Positions 1 through 14,219 of a DNA stretch of 64,000 bases are shown one piece after another. Every line of letters starts with the position of its first letter. Position 1 is the first letter of the stretch. The position numbers were made by a program, and so were the translations under genes. Location of the stretch: the NCBI RefSeq assembly GCF_006345805.1, contig NC_043005.1:89838001-89902000 (forward strand), in the 5' to 3' direction. Below the pieces are notes generated by a model that made no database searches, had not been told where the DNA came from, and saw nothing but the letters and a program-made list of their open reading frames with translations. Source of the DNA: Octopus sinensis. Taxonomy: Eukaryota.

Positions 1-102
1 TGATGGCGATAAAAGCGTAAGCATGTAAAACTAGGTCAATAAAATAATATTGCAAAATTCCGGCTTCTTTTGGGTACCCTCTGGTATGTATGTGTGTATG
101 TA

Positions 103-180
<78 letters not shown>

Positions 181-181
<1 letters not shown>

Positions 182-328
182 GACAGGCTTCTTTCAGTTT
201 CCTAAATCCACTCACAAGGCTTTGGTCGGCTCGAGGCTATAGTAGAAGACACTTGCCCAAGGTGCAACGTAGTGGGACTCAACCCAGGACCATGTGGTTA
301 GTAAGGAAGCTACTTACCACACAGCCAC
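181..328 (-). mobile_element. tRNA-derived SINE family S1, head and core fragment
   Basis: Reverse complement aligns to the 5' part of the full copy at 30992-31392 (tggctgtgtggtaag...gggttcagtcccact). Confidence 0.8.
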
Positions 329-523
329 TATATGCATACATACTAGAAGTTTTGGAGTTGATGTACAGGTATTTTATATTAGAAGAAATAAGGTACTCAG
401 AAATTCGGATGGTTTTATATTTACAGATATTTATTAGTATGTTACATGTTTTTATACATCATATATCATATATCATATATTAGCGCTTTCGTCCATTCTA
501 GTGGAGTCTTCAAATATATATAT

Positions 524-1745
524 AATGTGGACGTAATATAGCTTGATTTTGCAAAAGCTTTTGACAAGGTGGATCATGGTATGATATGCCACAAACTGCG
601 TGACCTTGGCATAGCTGGAAAACTTGAAGAGTGGTTACATGACTTTCTGAAAGATAGGAGTCAGGCAGTAGTGGCTAATGGAGCCAACTCTATGAACACA
701 CAAATAGTGAGCGGTGTTCCATAGGGCACTGTCTTGGGAACCACTCCTTTTTATAGTGGCCTTCTCAGATATGCCCTCAAATGCCCGGATAGCCACCCTT
801 GCAAGCTATGCAGATGATACGAAAGTTCCGCAGAAAATACAGAACTCCAGCGATGTTACACACCTGCAGCAGGAGTTGGACTCAATTTACAGATGGGCTG
901 AGGATAATAATATGCAGCTTAATGCTGAAAAATTCCAAGCCCTATGCTATCAGCATCCAAAACTGAATATGAAACTTACAAGGTACACCGGTCCACAGGG
1001 AATTTCAATCCTAGAGCCTAAGTCAGTGAGGGACCTGGGTATCGACATGAGTGATGATACCTCTTTTCAAGTGCACATTACCAGGATGGCGACAAAGTGC
1101 AGACGACTGGCTGGATGGATCCTAAGAACATTCAGAACCAGAGATAAGGAAACCATGATGGTCCTCTGGCGGACATTCATCCTCAGCCGCCTGGATTACT
1201 GCTCACAGCTATGGTCACCCACCAGTGTGAAATTAACAGCAGACCTTGAAGCAATCCAGAGAAGATTCACAAAGAAGATCGTCTCTTTGCAACAGCTCAT
1301 CTACTGGGAAAGGTTGAAACAGCTAAGACTGGAGAGAAGACGGGAGAGGTACGCAGTAATATATATCTGGAAGCTACACCAATACCAGAACGGGACGACA
1401 CTGCATAGTGCCAAAGGTCCCAGCAATGCCATCACTCTTCAGGACCAGTTACTACAACAGCCTGGGTTTCAGGGGCCCACAGCTTTTTAATATTCTCCCA
1501 AAGAGTCTGAGGAACTTGCACAAAGTAGATGTAGGGGTTTTTAAATCAAAGCTGGACCTCTTCCTGTCGAGAATCCCAGATGAATCTACCTCACGGTAAG
1601 AGGTACAAATGAGGGTAGCTATATCAAACTCCATGCTTCACCAAGTCCCACATATTAGAGGAGGTTCTTAGTAATAACAGTGTAGCAAAACGGCGGTGCA
1701 TCAGCATGGCCACAGCTCTGAGCTGAAACTAGAGAGAGTAAAAGA
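524..1745 (+). mobile_element. CR1-like LINE, 5'-truncated decayed RT and 3' end
   Basis: LDFAKAFDKVDH, SGVPxG, YADD, and C-terminal RLDYCSQLWSP and LERRRER motifs, with stops and frameshifts. Same family as 37968-40620. Confidence 0.9.
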
Positions 1746-1755
1746 CAATTATAAA

Positions 1756-1790
<35 letters not shown>

Positions 1791-1797
1791 TTATAAT

Positions 1798-2048
1798 TGT
1801 CTTTTACTCTCTCTAGTACTTATTCTATCGGTTTCTTTTTGCAAACCGCTAAGTTACGGGGACGTAACACACTAGCATTGGTTGTCAAGCGATATTGGGG
1901 GCTTCTTTCAGTTTCCGTCTACCAAATCCACTCACAAGACTTTGGTCGGCCCGAGGCTATAGTAGAAGACGCTTGCCTAAGCTGCCACGCAGTGGGACTG
2001 AACCCGGAACCATGTGGTTGGTAAGCAAGCTACTCACCACACAGCCAC
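1798..2048 (-). mobile_element. SINE S1 copy
   Basis: Head, core and tail segments align in reverse to 30992-31392. Confidence 0.8.
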
Positions 2049-2429
2049 TCCTACGCCTATATAAAGCGATTTATATTTTTATAATTATATAAAAAATATA
2101 TATAATCACAATGAAAGGTACTTGGAAAAAGTATGAACATGCTAGAAATAGCAGTCAAAAGTACTCTGAATTACCTATTTCACTTTTTTGCGCAGGTGAA
2201 TGCAATGAAAATGAGCAAAATACAATTTATCCTACCTTTAACGAATAAATAGATCGATTTCAAGTTCTGTAATTAATACTTAGCCCTCATTAGTGTCATT
2301 CACCATAATTAGTACATATACATGAATATTTATATATACATACATATACATATATATACATACAACCACACACATATACACGAGGCCAATCAATTCGACA
2401 ATCTCTCCAGCGATTGGCGGTTATAATAT

Positions 2430-3532
2430 ACTAGCAGTATAGCCCGGCGTTGCTCGGGTTTGCTTTTTAGTTACACTTAGGCGTTTCTACTCAGACGTAG
2501 TTCACATTGAGCATCGTTCTTAGCAGCTCTTGCAGCTGCAGCCTTTCGGTCTAAACGAAGTCTACGCCGATTATTTTTGTCTGCAGCTTGCACATCTGCA
2601 TTAATCATTGCATTTCCTTCGTTCTGATGTCGAACATTTTCCTTATTCAGCGCAGCCTGTGGGAATGTAGTTGCTGAGGTATTACTGCTGCCTTCAATCG
2701 AAGTCTCGTCATCATTCTCAGTTGATTGAGAAGATGCAATGGGAACAGAATCTCCCCAACACTCCGGCCGATTCAAGCAACGCTCATCTGTGGACATAAC
2801 AGCCGCATCAATCGAACACCCCGCAATTTGAGACTCTCTACTACTCAACGACGGCGAATGAAGTCTCCTTCTTGTCATCATCTGTTTCCGGGTCGATTGC
2901 ATTATAGCCCCCCCCCCTTTTTAGGCATTGTCGAGTGAAGCATGTTTAGGCAAAGTGATGTGGCAAAAAGTATATCTTAAATGCGAAGAAATTTCAAAAA
3001 GTCTACGTGAACATGCAGCACAATTTTTTTAACTTTACACGTTTCCGTTAAGAGTTTCCTTTAATTATTTTTATGTTAATGCAATTAATTTTTCTCACAA
3101 AAAATCGATTGAAATTGCTGAATTGTACTCAACGCTGTAGCAGTTGACAACCTTGAAAATTAGTGCATTCACGCAGCGAACATTAGGGAACAGAATCTCC
3201 CTCCCGTCGATTCAAGCAACGCTCATCTGTGGACATAAGAACCGCATCAATCGAACTCCCCATACAAAGGCAGTTTTCCATTAGACAAATTATTAACATT
3301 AGTTATCTCCCTTGCATCCTGTTGAAGCTTATGTTTCGAACTGCACTGATTTTTGATGTAAATAATTTTTGCTGCTAACATGGTCCGATTTGAGCAAGCC
3401 TTCTTTTATCATACTCTCAATTTTGGTCAACTTGCGCCGCAGGGTCTCGGAGGAGAGAGTGTTAGTTGAAGGCTACCAAACCTGCCCCCCACACACACAG
3501 ACAACTTCAGTTTTATGCATATACATATAGAT
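2430..3532. mobile_element. Non-autonomous Helitron-like (HINE/Lep1-type) element
   Basis: Begins ACTAGCAGTATAGCCCGGCGTTGCTCGGGTTTG (shared with 4203) and ends (AC)n acagacaacttcagtttt...tatagat. Carries an internal ~80-bp direct repeat (about 2741 and 3187). Confidence 0.6.
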
Positions 3533-4202
3533 TTGAGTCCACGGCACAAAGCCCTTTACAAAACATTAGTATTACTCAGTCCTTGTTGATTAAAAATAGA
3601 GTATTGGAGATCGAAGTATATTTGGTTTATTCCAAATTTTCAATATGCCGGTCATAGAAAAAAGGGAGGTCACTCTTGCATCTTCTTGAGTTGTTTACTG
3701 TTTGTTTGCAGCCGCAAGTCAAAGAGAAAGAGAGAGTAACAGCGGAGAGAGAGAAAATGACATTGAAATGTGAGCCAGTGAAAGCTGTATTATAATCGTC
3801 TCTGGTCACCGACTCCTTTCGCCAACTAACTTGTCCTTGAGGGATTTTAGTATTCATAATTATCGCAGAACAGCGACAAAAACAAAGACATATGTCCGAG
3901 AACAATGAGAAAAATTGCTGTAGGCGATTCTGATCTCTTTTCCGCTTTTGGTGGCATAGAAGAGGTCAAAAGGTTTAAGTGGGAAATATATAAATCGACT
4001 TGGCAATGTGTTCAAAGTACCGGGTATCAACAATTATCTCTCCGTGAGAAAATGTTGTTGTTATTTGAAGGGGGAATTCTGTAGATTCAGGTTCGAATCT
4101 ATGGTGCCCAAATGAAATCCACTATTTTTTTCTTCGCAAGGAAAACACACTTGTAACAATATATACATACATACATACAAATATATATATATATATATAT
4201 AT

Positions 4203-4840
4203 ACTAGCAGTATCGCCCGGCGTTGCTCGGGTTTGTAAGGGAAATAACTATATAAGCATTTTTAGAGAGTTATAGCCAAAAAATAGCAAAAAATGCATTA
4301 AAAATGGAAAAAATATGATGGTAAATTTTTTTTAAATCGTTGACTCATCGTAGACATTTTTAGAGAGTTACTTCCCTTATATAATAGCGAAAAAATGCAT
4401 TAAAATGGAAAAAAAACGATGGTAAATTTTTTTTTAAATCGTAGACTCATGTAGACGCTTTCTTAGCCATTTCTGTTTTGGTGTCTTCAAGCCATGAAGT
4501 CGTTGTTCTAAAAGAACACTGGTCTCCTTGACAACGCATTACGACGTTGATTTCCTTACACTCCCTTCCCCACAGGTGCAGGTGTGAGCGTGGACGCCAA
4601 CTCCGCCGCCATCGACACACGAAAAATTATGCATTAAAATGGAATAAAAAATGATGTTAAATTATTTTTAAAATCGTAGACTCATCGTAGACGCGCGCTA
4701 ATATTCAGACGGGCTCGATATGAATCACGACTATAAGCTACCCGAATTTGGTTAAACTGTACCGCAAAATGTGGGACTAGTTAGGAATCTAAATCGAAGG
4801 GGACAGACACTCACACAACTACAGTTTTATATATATAGAT
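4203..4840. mobile_element. Non-autonomous Helitron-like element with three ~120-bp subrepeats
   Basis: Same terminal motifs as 2430-3532. Repeated ...aaatcgtagactcatcgtagac units. Confidence 0.6.
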
Positions 4841-4857
4841 ATACATAGCGCAGTAGT

Positions 4858-5235
4858 GGTGAGATATGACAGCAAAGAAAAGCATACATTCACTCTCTGC
4901 ATGCAATTAGACTCGGAAAGTTCGTGAGGAACCCATTGACCCAATTTGCTGACTTTTCCGATAGCACACAGGTGTCAATGAATGGTTGAATGACCAAATC
5001 CAAGCTTCTCTGCTAGTTCCTCAACAGTTACGATGATATTTTGTTCCACCAGGGTTTTCAGGATGTCCTTGTCGAGTTCTACAGATCTTTCAGGATGAGG
5101 CTCGTCTTCTAGGCTGTAGTTTATGGCTCGGGATTTCTGGAACCACCATTGACACTGCCTTACGCTTATTGTCCAATCCCCATATACTGCATTAATATTT
5201 CTTGTACTTTGCACACATTTATATTCTGTTATTCT
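4858..5235 (-). mobile_element. mariner transposase 5' fragment (HTH region)
   Basis: RNINAVYG...QWWFQK...LEDEPHPERS...LGFGHSTIH. Same family as 52500-54110. Confidence 0.8.
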
Positions 5236-6042
5236 TTTATATGTTTCAGCCTTGAGGTTGTGGCCATGCTGGATCATGTGTGTGTGTGTGTGTGTCTATC
5301 TGTCTGTCTGTCTGTATGTATATATGTATATGTATGTGTGTGAACAATAATATTTTCAACAGATGTGTTGCAAATGTATCTGATTGTTCTCAAGCTTCAA
5401 TACTGTGTGTGTGTATGTGTGTGTGTGTATGTATGTATGTATATGTATGTATGTATGTATATGTATGTATGTATGTATGTGTGTATGTATGTATGTGTGT
5501 GTGTATGTATGTGTGTATGTATGTGTGTGTGTATGTATGTATGTATGTATGTATGTATGTATGAGTGTATGTTTACTTTATTACTAACACAAGCCACTAC
5601 GGTTATTTAATGTAAAGTTTTCCTCAAATCACTCTCTCTCTCGCTATTTACTCTCTTCCAAGAACATTTTCACTCACTCTTAGCTCTTAGCTTCCCATAC
5701 ATTTTACTCATGTATCTATCAGCGTCATAGACAGAATACTTTCAGTTTAGCCTTCCTCAAATCACTGTGTCGCTATTTACTTTCATTTTATTCGTTGCCA
5801 ACTGTGTGTGTGCGTTTGCGTGTGGTGTAAACCAGACTAAGAAAAGCATTTGACACACACACCAGAATGTGAGTTTTCTGTAAATTTTGCTTAATTGGAG
5901 TTTAAATTTTAAAAACTGGACCTGGCATGACGCGATGCATTGTACTCTTAAAAAGGCTAGGTAAATTGTAATTGAAGAAATCCTATATTGTAGATTTGTA
6001 TAACTCCCAAAGGGAGGCAGATAAAATCTGCCTTTTATAATA

Positions 6043-6159
<117 letters not shown>

Positions 6160-6225
6160 CATGTGTGTAAGCATGTCTGTGTGTACGCATGTATTTAATT
6201 AGTTTTTCTCTTCAATGTTTTTCAG

Positions 6226-6380
6226 ATTTGGTCGCAAAAAAGTGATAATTGTGTGTTTATTTTTGGAAGGGTCAACTGGAATAGCAATGGCCTTCATCTC
6301 CAACATTTATGCCATATATGCGTTACGTTTTATCACTGCTGTTGGTGGTTCTGGATCCTACGTTCCTTCAATTGTCCTTG
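6226..6380 (+). CDS. SLC22/organic cation transporter-like paralog A, coding exon 4 (upstream exons not in window)
   Basis: ttcag acceptor, gtaag donor, 155 bp, phase 2 to 1. Encodes (R)FGRKKVIIVCLFLEGSTG...YVPSIVL, containing the MFS motif-A DRFGRK. About 90% identical to 61470-61624. Confidence 0.92.
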
Positions 6381-6789
6381 GTAAGCAAACAACAATAAAA
6401 CACCATAAACGTCCATTTTTAAACTTGAATGATTTTCTGTCTCTTATTCTTTATCTGCTCCCTTCCATTAGAAAGAGCCCTTTGAGGGGTTTTAATCATA
6501 TCAGCAACTTTTGTTCATCCCATTACGGAAAAGAAATATTACGTTGCTGTGAGTGGAAGGGCAATAGTCATGGCAAAACAGAAGAGCACAGGTTACGCAA
6601 ACACATATGCACATATATTCACGCTGGCATGCATATATATACATGCACACACAAACACAAACACACACACACATATACATATATATACATACACACACAC
6701 ACATATATATATTATATATTATATATATATATATGCATATATGTGTGTGACCAGAGACGACTATGATATATATATAGGTGAAATTTATG

Positions 6790-7402
6790 GAAAAATGAAG
6801 ACAGGTGTATGAACAGGTAGGTGTATTAGTTTGACGCTCGGGAAGGTGAGAAAGTCTTTTACGTTTCGAGCCTAAGCTCTTCAACAGAAAAGAATAAGAG
6901 AAAATAAACAGAGAGAGAATAAAACTTCAAGCATGGTGACTGTATATATATATAATGCAAAATGGGACAAGAACGCAAGACATCCGGACAACTAGGTGAT
7001 AAAAGGGACAACAAAACATCCAGAGAGACGATACAAAAAAAAAAAACAACAAAAAAACACAAAGACGGGTCATCCAAAGCTTTCTATCCTCAGTCAAGAA
7101 CCGGATCATCTTCGCAATATCGGCTGATTAATCTTGAGATTGCTCCAATGAGAAACTAAGCTAAGAGCATTAGATTCCTTGGAAGAAAGCATCGAATGTA
7201 TACGAAAACAAGGACGGAAAAACAGACAATGTTACACAAGTATAAATACAAAATACAATAAAAATAATAACTTGACTGAGGATAGAAAGCTTTGAATGAT
7301 CCGTCCTTGTGTTTTTTTTTTGTATCGTCTATCTGGATGTTTTGTTGTCCCCTTTTTGTATCACCTAGTTGTCCGGATGTATCGCATTTTTGTCCCATTT
7401 TG
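6790..7402. mobile_element. Penelope-like terminal-repeat relic with inverted arms 6958-7098 and 7271-7402
   Basis: Arms are reverse complements of each other. Hammerhead-like motifs lie on the minus strand at 6856-6891 and about 7078-7117. Confidence 0.55.
6856..6891 (-). ncRNA. Minimal type I hammerhead-like motif with core variant CUGUUGA
   Basis: UUUU-CUGUUGA-A-GAGC(UUAG)GCUC-GAAAC-GUA^AAAG. The A6-to-U change probably inactivates it. Confidence 0.5.
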
Positions 7403-8165
7403 TATTTTATATATATAGCGGTGTACGTACACTTTGTTTTCTTTCTCTCTCTCTCCCTCTCTCTCTCTATTATATATATTTGTTCGCCGGTGTGGCATGA
7501 AAATTGATAAAACCAGGTACTTCCGAGGCCTCGGGTTTCATTTCGGAGATTTCCTTCTCTTAAGTAGATTACCAGCCAAGCTTAAAGAGCTTCTTCCTTC
7601 CCATAAAACGGTTTACGGATGACTATGAAGTCACTTGGAATGGATCCAGGACGCATAGAAACTTTGCTGCGGATCGAGCTGGATGGCGATCAAAAGTGTG
7701 GAGTGGAGTGAAAGCGTTTGAAGGGGCCAGGATAATGCATGTAAGACTCAAAAGAGATTTAATGAAGAATGTTCTAATCAAGAAGGTGAATCACAATGAC
7801 CTTATTGTTCTGCACAGTTTGTGACAGACCATGCCTTTCTTTTGCTGGGCTCAAATCTCATTTGCAGTCCCATGGAAAACGAACCTCCACCAACTATTCT
7901 GCCTATATGTCTGTGCACCCCTTTTAATGCCATGTACGCCATAAAGTCTGCAAATCTAACGGAGGCCTTAAAAGACATTTTAAGATCCACAAAGATAAGA
8001 ACTTATCTGCAGCCCTTGGTGGTCCAAATCGGATGCGCAATCTATGTGAGTGTCCTTTAAGAATATTGTCTGGTTTAAAAAGCGACATCAGATGCCATGA
8101 TGGTTCTAGTGTTTAGGTACAGGAGATGACTAAACTCTGCATAAGGAGCAGACAATCATCATATA

Positions 8166-8214
<49 letters not shown>

Positions 8215-8284
8215 ATGTATATATATGTGTGGGTGTGTGTGTATGTATATATATGTATATATGTATATATATATATACATACAT

Positions 8285-8320
<36 letters not shown>

Positions 8321-8399
8321 TCAAAGGGCTTCTTTCAGTTTCTATCTACCAAATATGCTCACAAGGCCTCACAATTTCTGGTAAAGAAGCCCTCTGCTA

Positions 8400-9940
8400 T
8401 AATAAAACCCTAGCCAATTTTAACTTTAAAGAGATCTCATACACCTTGAACCAAACAGAAGCTAGCCTAAATATAGACCTAGGAAATTTATTGACACAGT
8501 CTCTCCTGGGGAAGCGGAAAGACCATTGTCAAAACCTTCTTGAGAATTCACCGAATATATCAAACCAGCTGATCCATCCTATCGTTGAAGAGGTTCTGGA
8601 TATCAAACAGGGACCCTTCTCGATTTAAGAGCATGAAGTCGTACTGAAGAAGACCAAAAACCGGAAGGCTGCAGGATTGGATCACATTTCTCTTGAAGTC
8701 TGGAAAACCGGCAACTTCAATGACATTCTTCTTAAATCGTGCAATTCAGTATATTATCAAATCGCGATAAAAAGATGTAGTCTGCGTTCCCCAAAAAGCA
8801 GAGGTCTGGACCTTGCAATAAACTACAGAGGAATTAAATGAACACCAATTGCAGCGAAAACTTTCAATGCGTTGCTACTCAATTGAATCCAACCTCAAAC
8901 TGAAAGAGATCTTAGAAAAAATCAAAATGGATTCAGGAAGAACCGCTCTACATCTGGTCAAATTCTCACAGTTCGGAGGATGTTGGAAGGAATACGAGCC
9001 AAAAACCTTAATGTAGTTCTGCTCTTTGTAGATTTCTCCAAGGCCTTTCACTCCGTACACAATGCCATACTATCCCCTTACTTGTTCATCCTGCGTCTCG
9101 ATTATGTACTGCGTACCTGAATAGATCAACACAATGTTCTGGGTTTCACTTTACAGAAGTCTAGGAGCAGAAGATATCCGGCCACCTACTTCACTGACGC
9201 CGATTGATGACTGATGACATAGCGCTCTTTGCAGACAACACAAAAGATGCTGATCGTTTACTCATTTCCTGGAAAATGTTGCTGCTAACATAGGACTATA
9301 TGTGAATGAAAAGAAGACAGATTTTATCACCCTGAACGCAACAGGTGAAATCAGGAGCATCAACAGAAGCCCTTGAAAATTGTCAACGAGTTTACTTACC
9401 TTGGCAGCAATATCATGTCCACTGAAAAAGATATTAAATCTTGTATTGCTAAGGATTGGGCAGCTATAGACGTTCTTTGAACGATATGGAAGTCAACCCT
9501 ACCAAATAAATTGAAGAGATAGTTCTTCGGAGCAGTTGTTTTATCTGTGCTTGTATATGGATCTCAGGTGCATGCTGGACGGTGCCTACAATAGAATGTT
9601 ACGTGCAGTGCTCAACATCTCTTGGAGGGAGCCCCCAACAAATCAACAGTTATATGGAAATGTACCAACTCTCTTTCATCAAACATCCAAAAACTGAGAC
9701 TGAGGTTTGCTGGCCACAGCTGGAGAAGTAAGGAAGAACTTGTGAGTAATGTGTTGCTGTGGACACCAAATCATAGGACCACGACGGCTGGAAGACCATA
9801 GAAGACGCATATACAACAGCTTGAAGAAGGTACTGGATGCGAAGTTGAAGACCTAAAAACACTAATGGAAGATCGGTAGGGATGGAGAGAGGTAGTCAGG
9901 CTGGCCTGGGCAATCAGCCTGATTGGATGATGCCTAAAAA
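8400..9940 (+). mobile_element. RTE-clade LINE, decayed and internally deleted
   Basis: KAAGLDHI, QNGFRKNRST, LFVDFSKAF, SPYLF and DDIALFAD motifs with frameshifts. Confidence 0.8.
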
Positions 9941-10963
9941 AAAAACCTATATCGTTCATTCCTCTTACTCCTTAAATGTTAAGACTAATGTGGGTGAAAA
10001 ATGCACACGCGCATACACGTACACACGTCCCCGCTGTGTCCAGGGGTCAGCTTGCCAAGGCCCTACAGCTTCTTCTGTGTTGTGCTACATGTATACAATC
10101 AGCTAGGCTCTTGTTTCGATACATTTTTGTTTTTCAATCGTAAACAAAAAGAGTTTAAAAGAAATTGATGGTATGAGAGACAATATGGGAAAACATGCTT
10201 AAAATATCAAATGTTCATACAAATTGCAATATTCCATGAGTTCCACAGAGAAATACAGTAAGACAAATTCAAACGTTCAATGAATTCCATAACAGTCATA
10301 CGTGATTGAAAATTCAGTAACATTGAATTATATTAACAATTAGATACGATGAAGTTTTTAAAAGAAAAAATAGAAAAATAGAAAAGAAAGAAAAAGTTTT
10401 TTTTTTTACAATTTTACAATTTCTGTTGTAGTGCATGAAGGAGGATTCTTTGATGCTGGTTTTGCTGGTGACAGCTTGAAGTGTTTTAAGCTAAAATTGC
10501 TTTGCATATATAAGTTTTTTTATGGTAAAGTCTCAAGTTGTCATGAATTGTAAATTTAATGGCATCGCTTGTTTATCTTTGCCTATGGCCTAGTATTTTG
10601 GTTGGGTGGCTACCTGAATATGCCGTTTGTTTTCCAAATCTTCTGGTCACATATTTTGGTTTAAAGAATCTGTCACAAAATTTAAAAGCTACCGCACGTT
10701 TTAAGACTCGGGTGCATTTTCAACTTTTATAATTAAGGGTTACATTATAGGTTTAAGAAGTTATAATTATTACTCCCTACATGATATTTATATTTTCTTA
10801 TTGGTACTTATTTAGAAAGGTTATTTATATAAAGGTCTTTATAAATACTAAGACCAGGAGGGTAGAGCCATTTAAGAAAGAGAAAAATCAAGTAATTTTT
10901 AAAGATCATTTCAAACAATATTGTCATTCTGTGTAAGGTGTGTGTGAGTGTGTGTGAGTGTGT

Positions 10964-11058
<95 letters not shown>

Positions 11059-11153
11059 CGTGCATGTGTATGTATCATAAATTCCCTCTTTATATCATCA
11101 TCTTCGTAATTGTTGTCATCGTTTTTCCTCATCATCATTGTTTCAAATTCTAG

Positions 11154-11325
11154 CTTCTGAAGTGTCTTCGGCGGACAGTAGAATGAAATCTTCCATTGCC
11201 ATCCAAATGGTGGTTACCGTTGGATACCTGATCGTTTGTCTGCTGACTTACTTTGTGAGGACCTGGAGGACTTTGATGATCATAATATCAACCCCGTCAC
11301 TGGTGTTCGCCATCGTCTATCTCTG
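11154..11325 (+). CDS. SLC22-like paralog A, exon 5
   Basis: ttctag acceptor, gtaggt donor, phase 1 to 2. ASEVSSADSRMKSSIAIQMVVTVGYLIVCLLTYFVRTWRTL...; the xEx and WR motifs are typical of SLC22. Confidence 0.88.
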
Positions 11326-12144
11326 GTAGGTATTCAGGTATGTAAGAGTGGGTGGCTGGCTGGTTGGATGGATGGATGTGTATACACATGTATGGTTATA
11401 TGATCAATGGATCTATGTATGTATGCGTGTATGGACGTCTATGTATATGTATAGCTGAATGTGTGTATGTGTATAAGTAAGTGGGTATTGATGTATGTAT
11501 ATAAGTATGGTTGGGTACGGGTGGAGTTAAGTATGTGTGGGTGTATGGTTGTATATATGTACATATATATGGATGTATTATGGGTAGATGGATGGATGTG
11601 TGTGTGCATGTATATACAACTCGTTACATAGTCGAATAGTAAACTTATAACCCTAACAAGTTCGTTTGGGAAGGCGGGAGGAGGTGGGGTGGGTGTTTAT
11701 GTCGGACACTCTCCAGGATGAGAAACAAAACCCATCAAAGGACAGCTAGGGGTGAGAAACCCTTAATCTTTGTTTAGATATCTCTCTAGGGGGAGGAAAA
11801 CGCTGATCTAACCCCTGTACCTTCGTTTGAATCCAATTATGTAGATTAGTTCTTCTTTTGGGGCGAAAGCATTCGATGTTTAGAGACGAGTAACTTGAGA
11901 AGCTTTAAATACAGGCTTCACCTGACTTTTAAACATCTTTATTAATATCAAAGATGCAGGCGTGGCTGTGTGGTAAGACGTTTGCTTCCCAACCACATGG
12001 TTCTGGGTTCAGTCCCAATGTATGGCACCTTGAACAAATGCCTATTTACTTATTTGTCTGTTTGTATGTATACATGTATGTATATATGAGTGTGTTTTTA
12101 TATATGTGTGTATGTGGTTGTATTTTCCGTTTTCTATTTGCAAG

Positions 12145-12357
12145 TTTCCTAGACGAGTCTCCCCGATGGCTCCTCAATAAAAAGAGAACAAAAGATGCCA
12201 ACTTAATTCTTAGCAACATCGCCAAACTGAATAAAACAGTTTTGCCTCAAACAGAAATCGTCAACATTTCCTCATCGAACGAGAAAAAAGTAGAAATCTG
12301 GAAAATGTTTACCATTCCTCAGCTTCTAAAACGGACCCTAATTTTGATGCTAAACTG
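12145..12357 (+). CDS. SLC22-like paralog A, exon 6
   Basis: AAG acceptor at 12142-12144, gtaagt donor, 213 bp, phase 2 to 2. FLDESPRWLL carries the ESPRW motif; ends LKRTLILMLNW. Confidence 0.85.
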
Positions 12358-12657
12358 GTAAGTGATATTACATTTACCATTTTCTGTGTGTTCTTTATCT
12401 TTTATCGTTTACTTGTTTCAGTCATTTGACTGCGGCCATGCTGGGGCACCGCCTTGAAAATGTTTTAGTTGAATTAATTGATCACAGAACTTTTTTTATG
12501 CCTGGTGCTTATTCTATTGGTTTATTTTTAACCATTAAGTTATGGGGACATAAACAAACCAACACTGGTCATCAAGTGGTGATGGTGGTGAGGTGGGGTG
12601 GGTACTAATACTGACACAAAGACACACATACATAGTTATATATGTATGTATATGTAC

Positions 12658-12692
<35 letters not shown>

Positions 12693-12715
12693 TTTATATA
12701 TATATGTACATATAC

Positions 12716-12766
<51 letters not shown>

Positions 12767-13992
12767 ATTAATGAAATAGACGCAATATGGAAGATACGAG
12801 AATGTTTATTAATCACTACAGTTGTTTCGACCCATCTAGCATTGGTCCCTCATGGCTGGGATTCTGAACATCTGGTTTAGGTGTATCTATCAATGTAGAT
12901 GTGTCTTTTCGGGTGATTTCAATAGGTATTTCGCTAAAATAAACTCTGTTTCACAAGATCTCTTCTCGGCCTTCGTGTATAGAAATGCCAAATTAAGTTA
13001 TACACATTCATTCTTATAGAAGATCCATAACAAATATCAGATACGAAAAGAAACAAATACACGATATAGCAAAAAAGTATATACATATATGATGGGCTTC
13101 TTTCAGTTTCCGTCTGCCAAATCTACTCACATGACTTTGGCCAGCCTATGGTTATGGCAGAAGACACTTGTTCAATGTGGAGCCATGTAGTTGGAGAGCA
13201 AGCTTCTCACCACACAGCCATGCATGCACCTATAGTGATCAGAATGATGCAGATATTTGTGGAAACAAAACTTGTGTATTTCAACAAAACCATGGTAACG
13301 AAAGGGTTAAATCTGAACAAGCTCTCTGATGTCTCTAAAAGTAGGTTATTAAAGTATTGACCATTCTCTGACAGGTTTGTGATCAAGCCTGCGTCAGTGG
13401 AGACTTCCGGCATTCTCGGCCCCGCAACCACATCCATGCTCACCACTATCAGGGTGGATACAGCTATCCGCAAGTGTGAGGTCAGAGTGGCTGTTCCAGT
13501 GCACCTTCCATATCATCCTCTGAGACAGCACCTTTTCTACTTTGATGATTATTTATGCAGGGCCCTTCATAAAATTTGGAAAAGTATTTCACTAAGAATT
13601 ACCGAAGGCTAACAAGTGTCAGACACTACAGACAAATCAGTGAATTCTGCTAATCACGAAATATTTTCTACTCCATAAACATAAACACTCTATACACACA
13701 TAAACTAAAAAAAAGGCCACATATACATACAAACCATCTACTCACCATTTATCCAACGAACTAATGTTACTTTCATTAACTGGCTCTCATTGGCTAACTC
13801 TGTCTCGGTTGTTGAGTTGTCTTAGTTGTCTATATTAGACAGTTAGTTGTATAACTTTACTTGCTGTTGGTCTCAACGTTCAAATTATCATAATTCTCTC
13901 TAAGAAATTACGCAACCATCTAACCAGGGTTTGATCTGCAATTTTTGTGCATTTTTATACATTATATAAAATCTTTCGTTTCTTTTCTATAG

Positions 13993-14219
13993 GGTGATTG
14001 TGAGCTTGGTATATTTTGGCCTTTCTCTTAATGTTGGCAAATTGTATGGCAATCTCTATGTGAATTTTTTTTTGAATTCGGTTGTCGAGTTTCCAGCCTA
14101 CATTCTGTGCATCCTTCTGTTAAATCGTGTTGGAAGAAAAAGAATGCATGCTAGCCTGATGGTTTTGACTGGAGTCGTCTGTATCACTGGAATATTTCCC
14201 GTCCTCTATGGCACTAAAG
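13993..14219 (+). CDS. SLC22-like paralog A, exon 7
   Basis: tatag acceptor, gtaaac donor, phase 2 to 1. VIVSLVYFGLSLNVGKLYGNLYVNFFLNSVVEFPAY...NRVGRKR, the second-half motif A. Confidence 0.9.

Noticed and set aside
6215-6766. 183-aa ORF, and a conserved-looking peptide (NHISNF..SHY.KEILRC.EW.GNSHGKTEE) shared with the 61736 ORF
   Set aside because: It is exon 4 reading through its donor. The similarity reflects paralogous intron DNA; in B the frame is broken and no splice signals support an exon.
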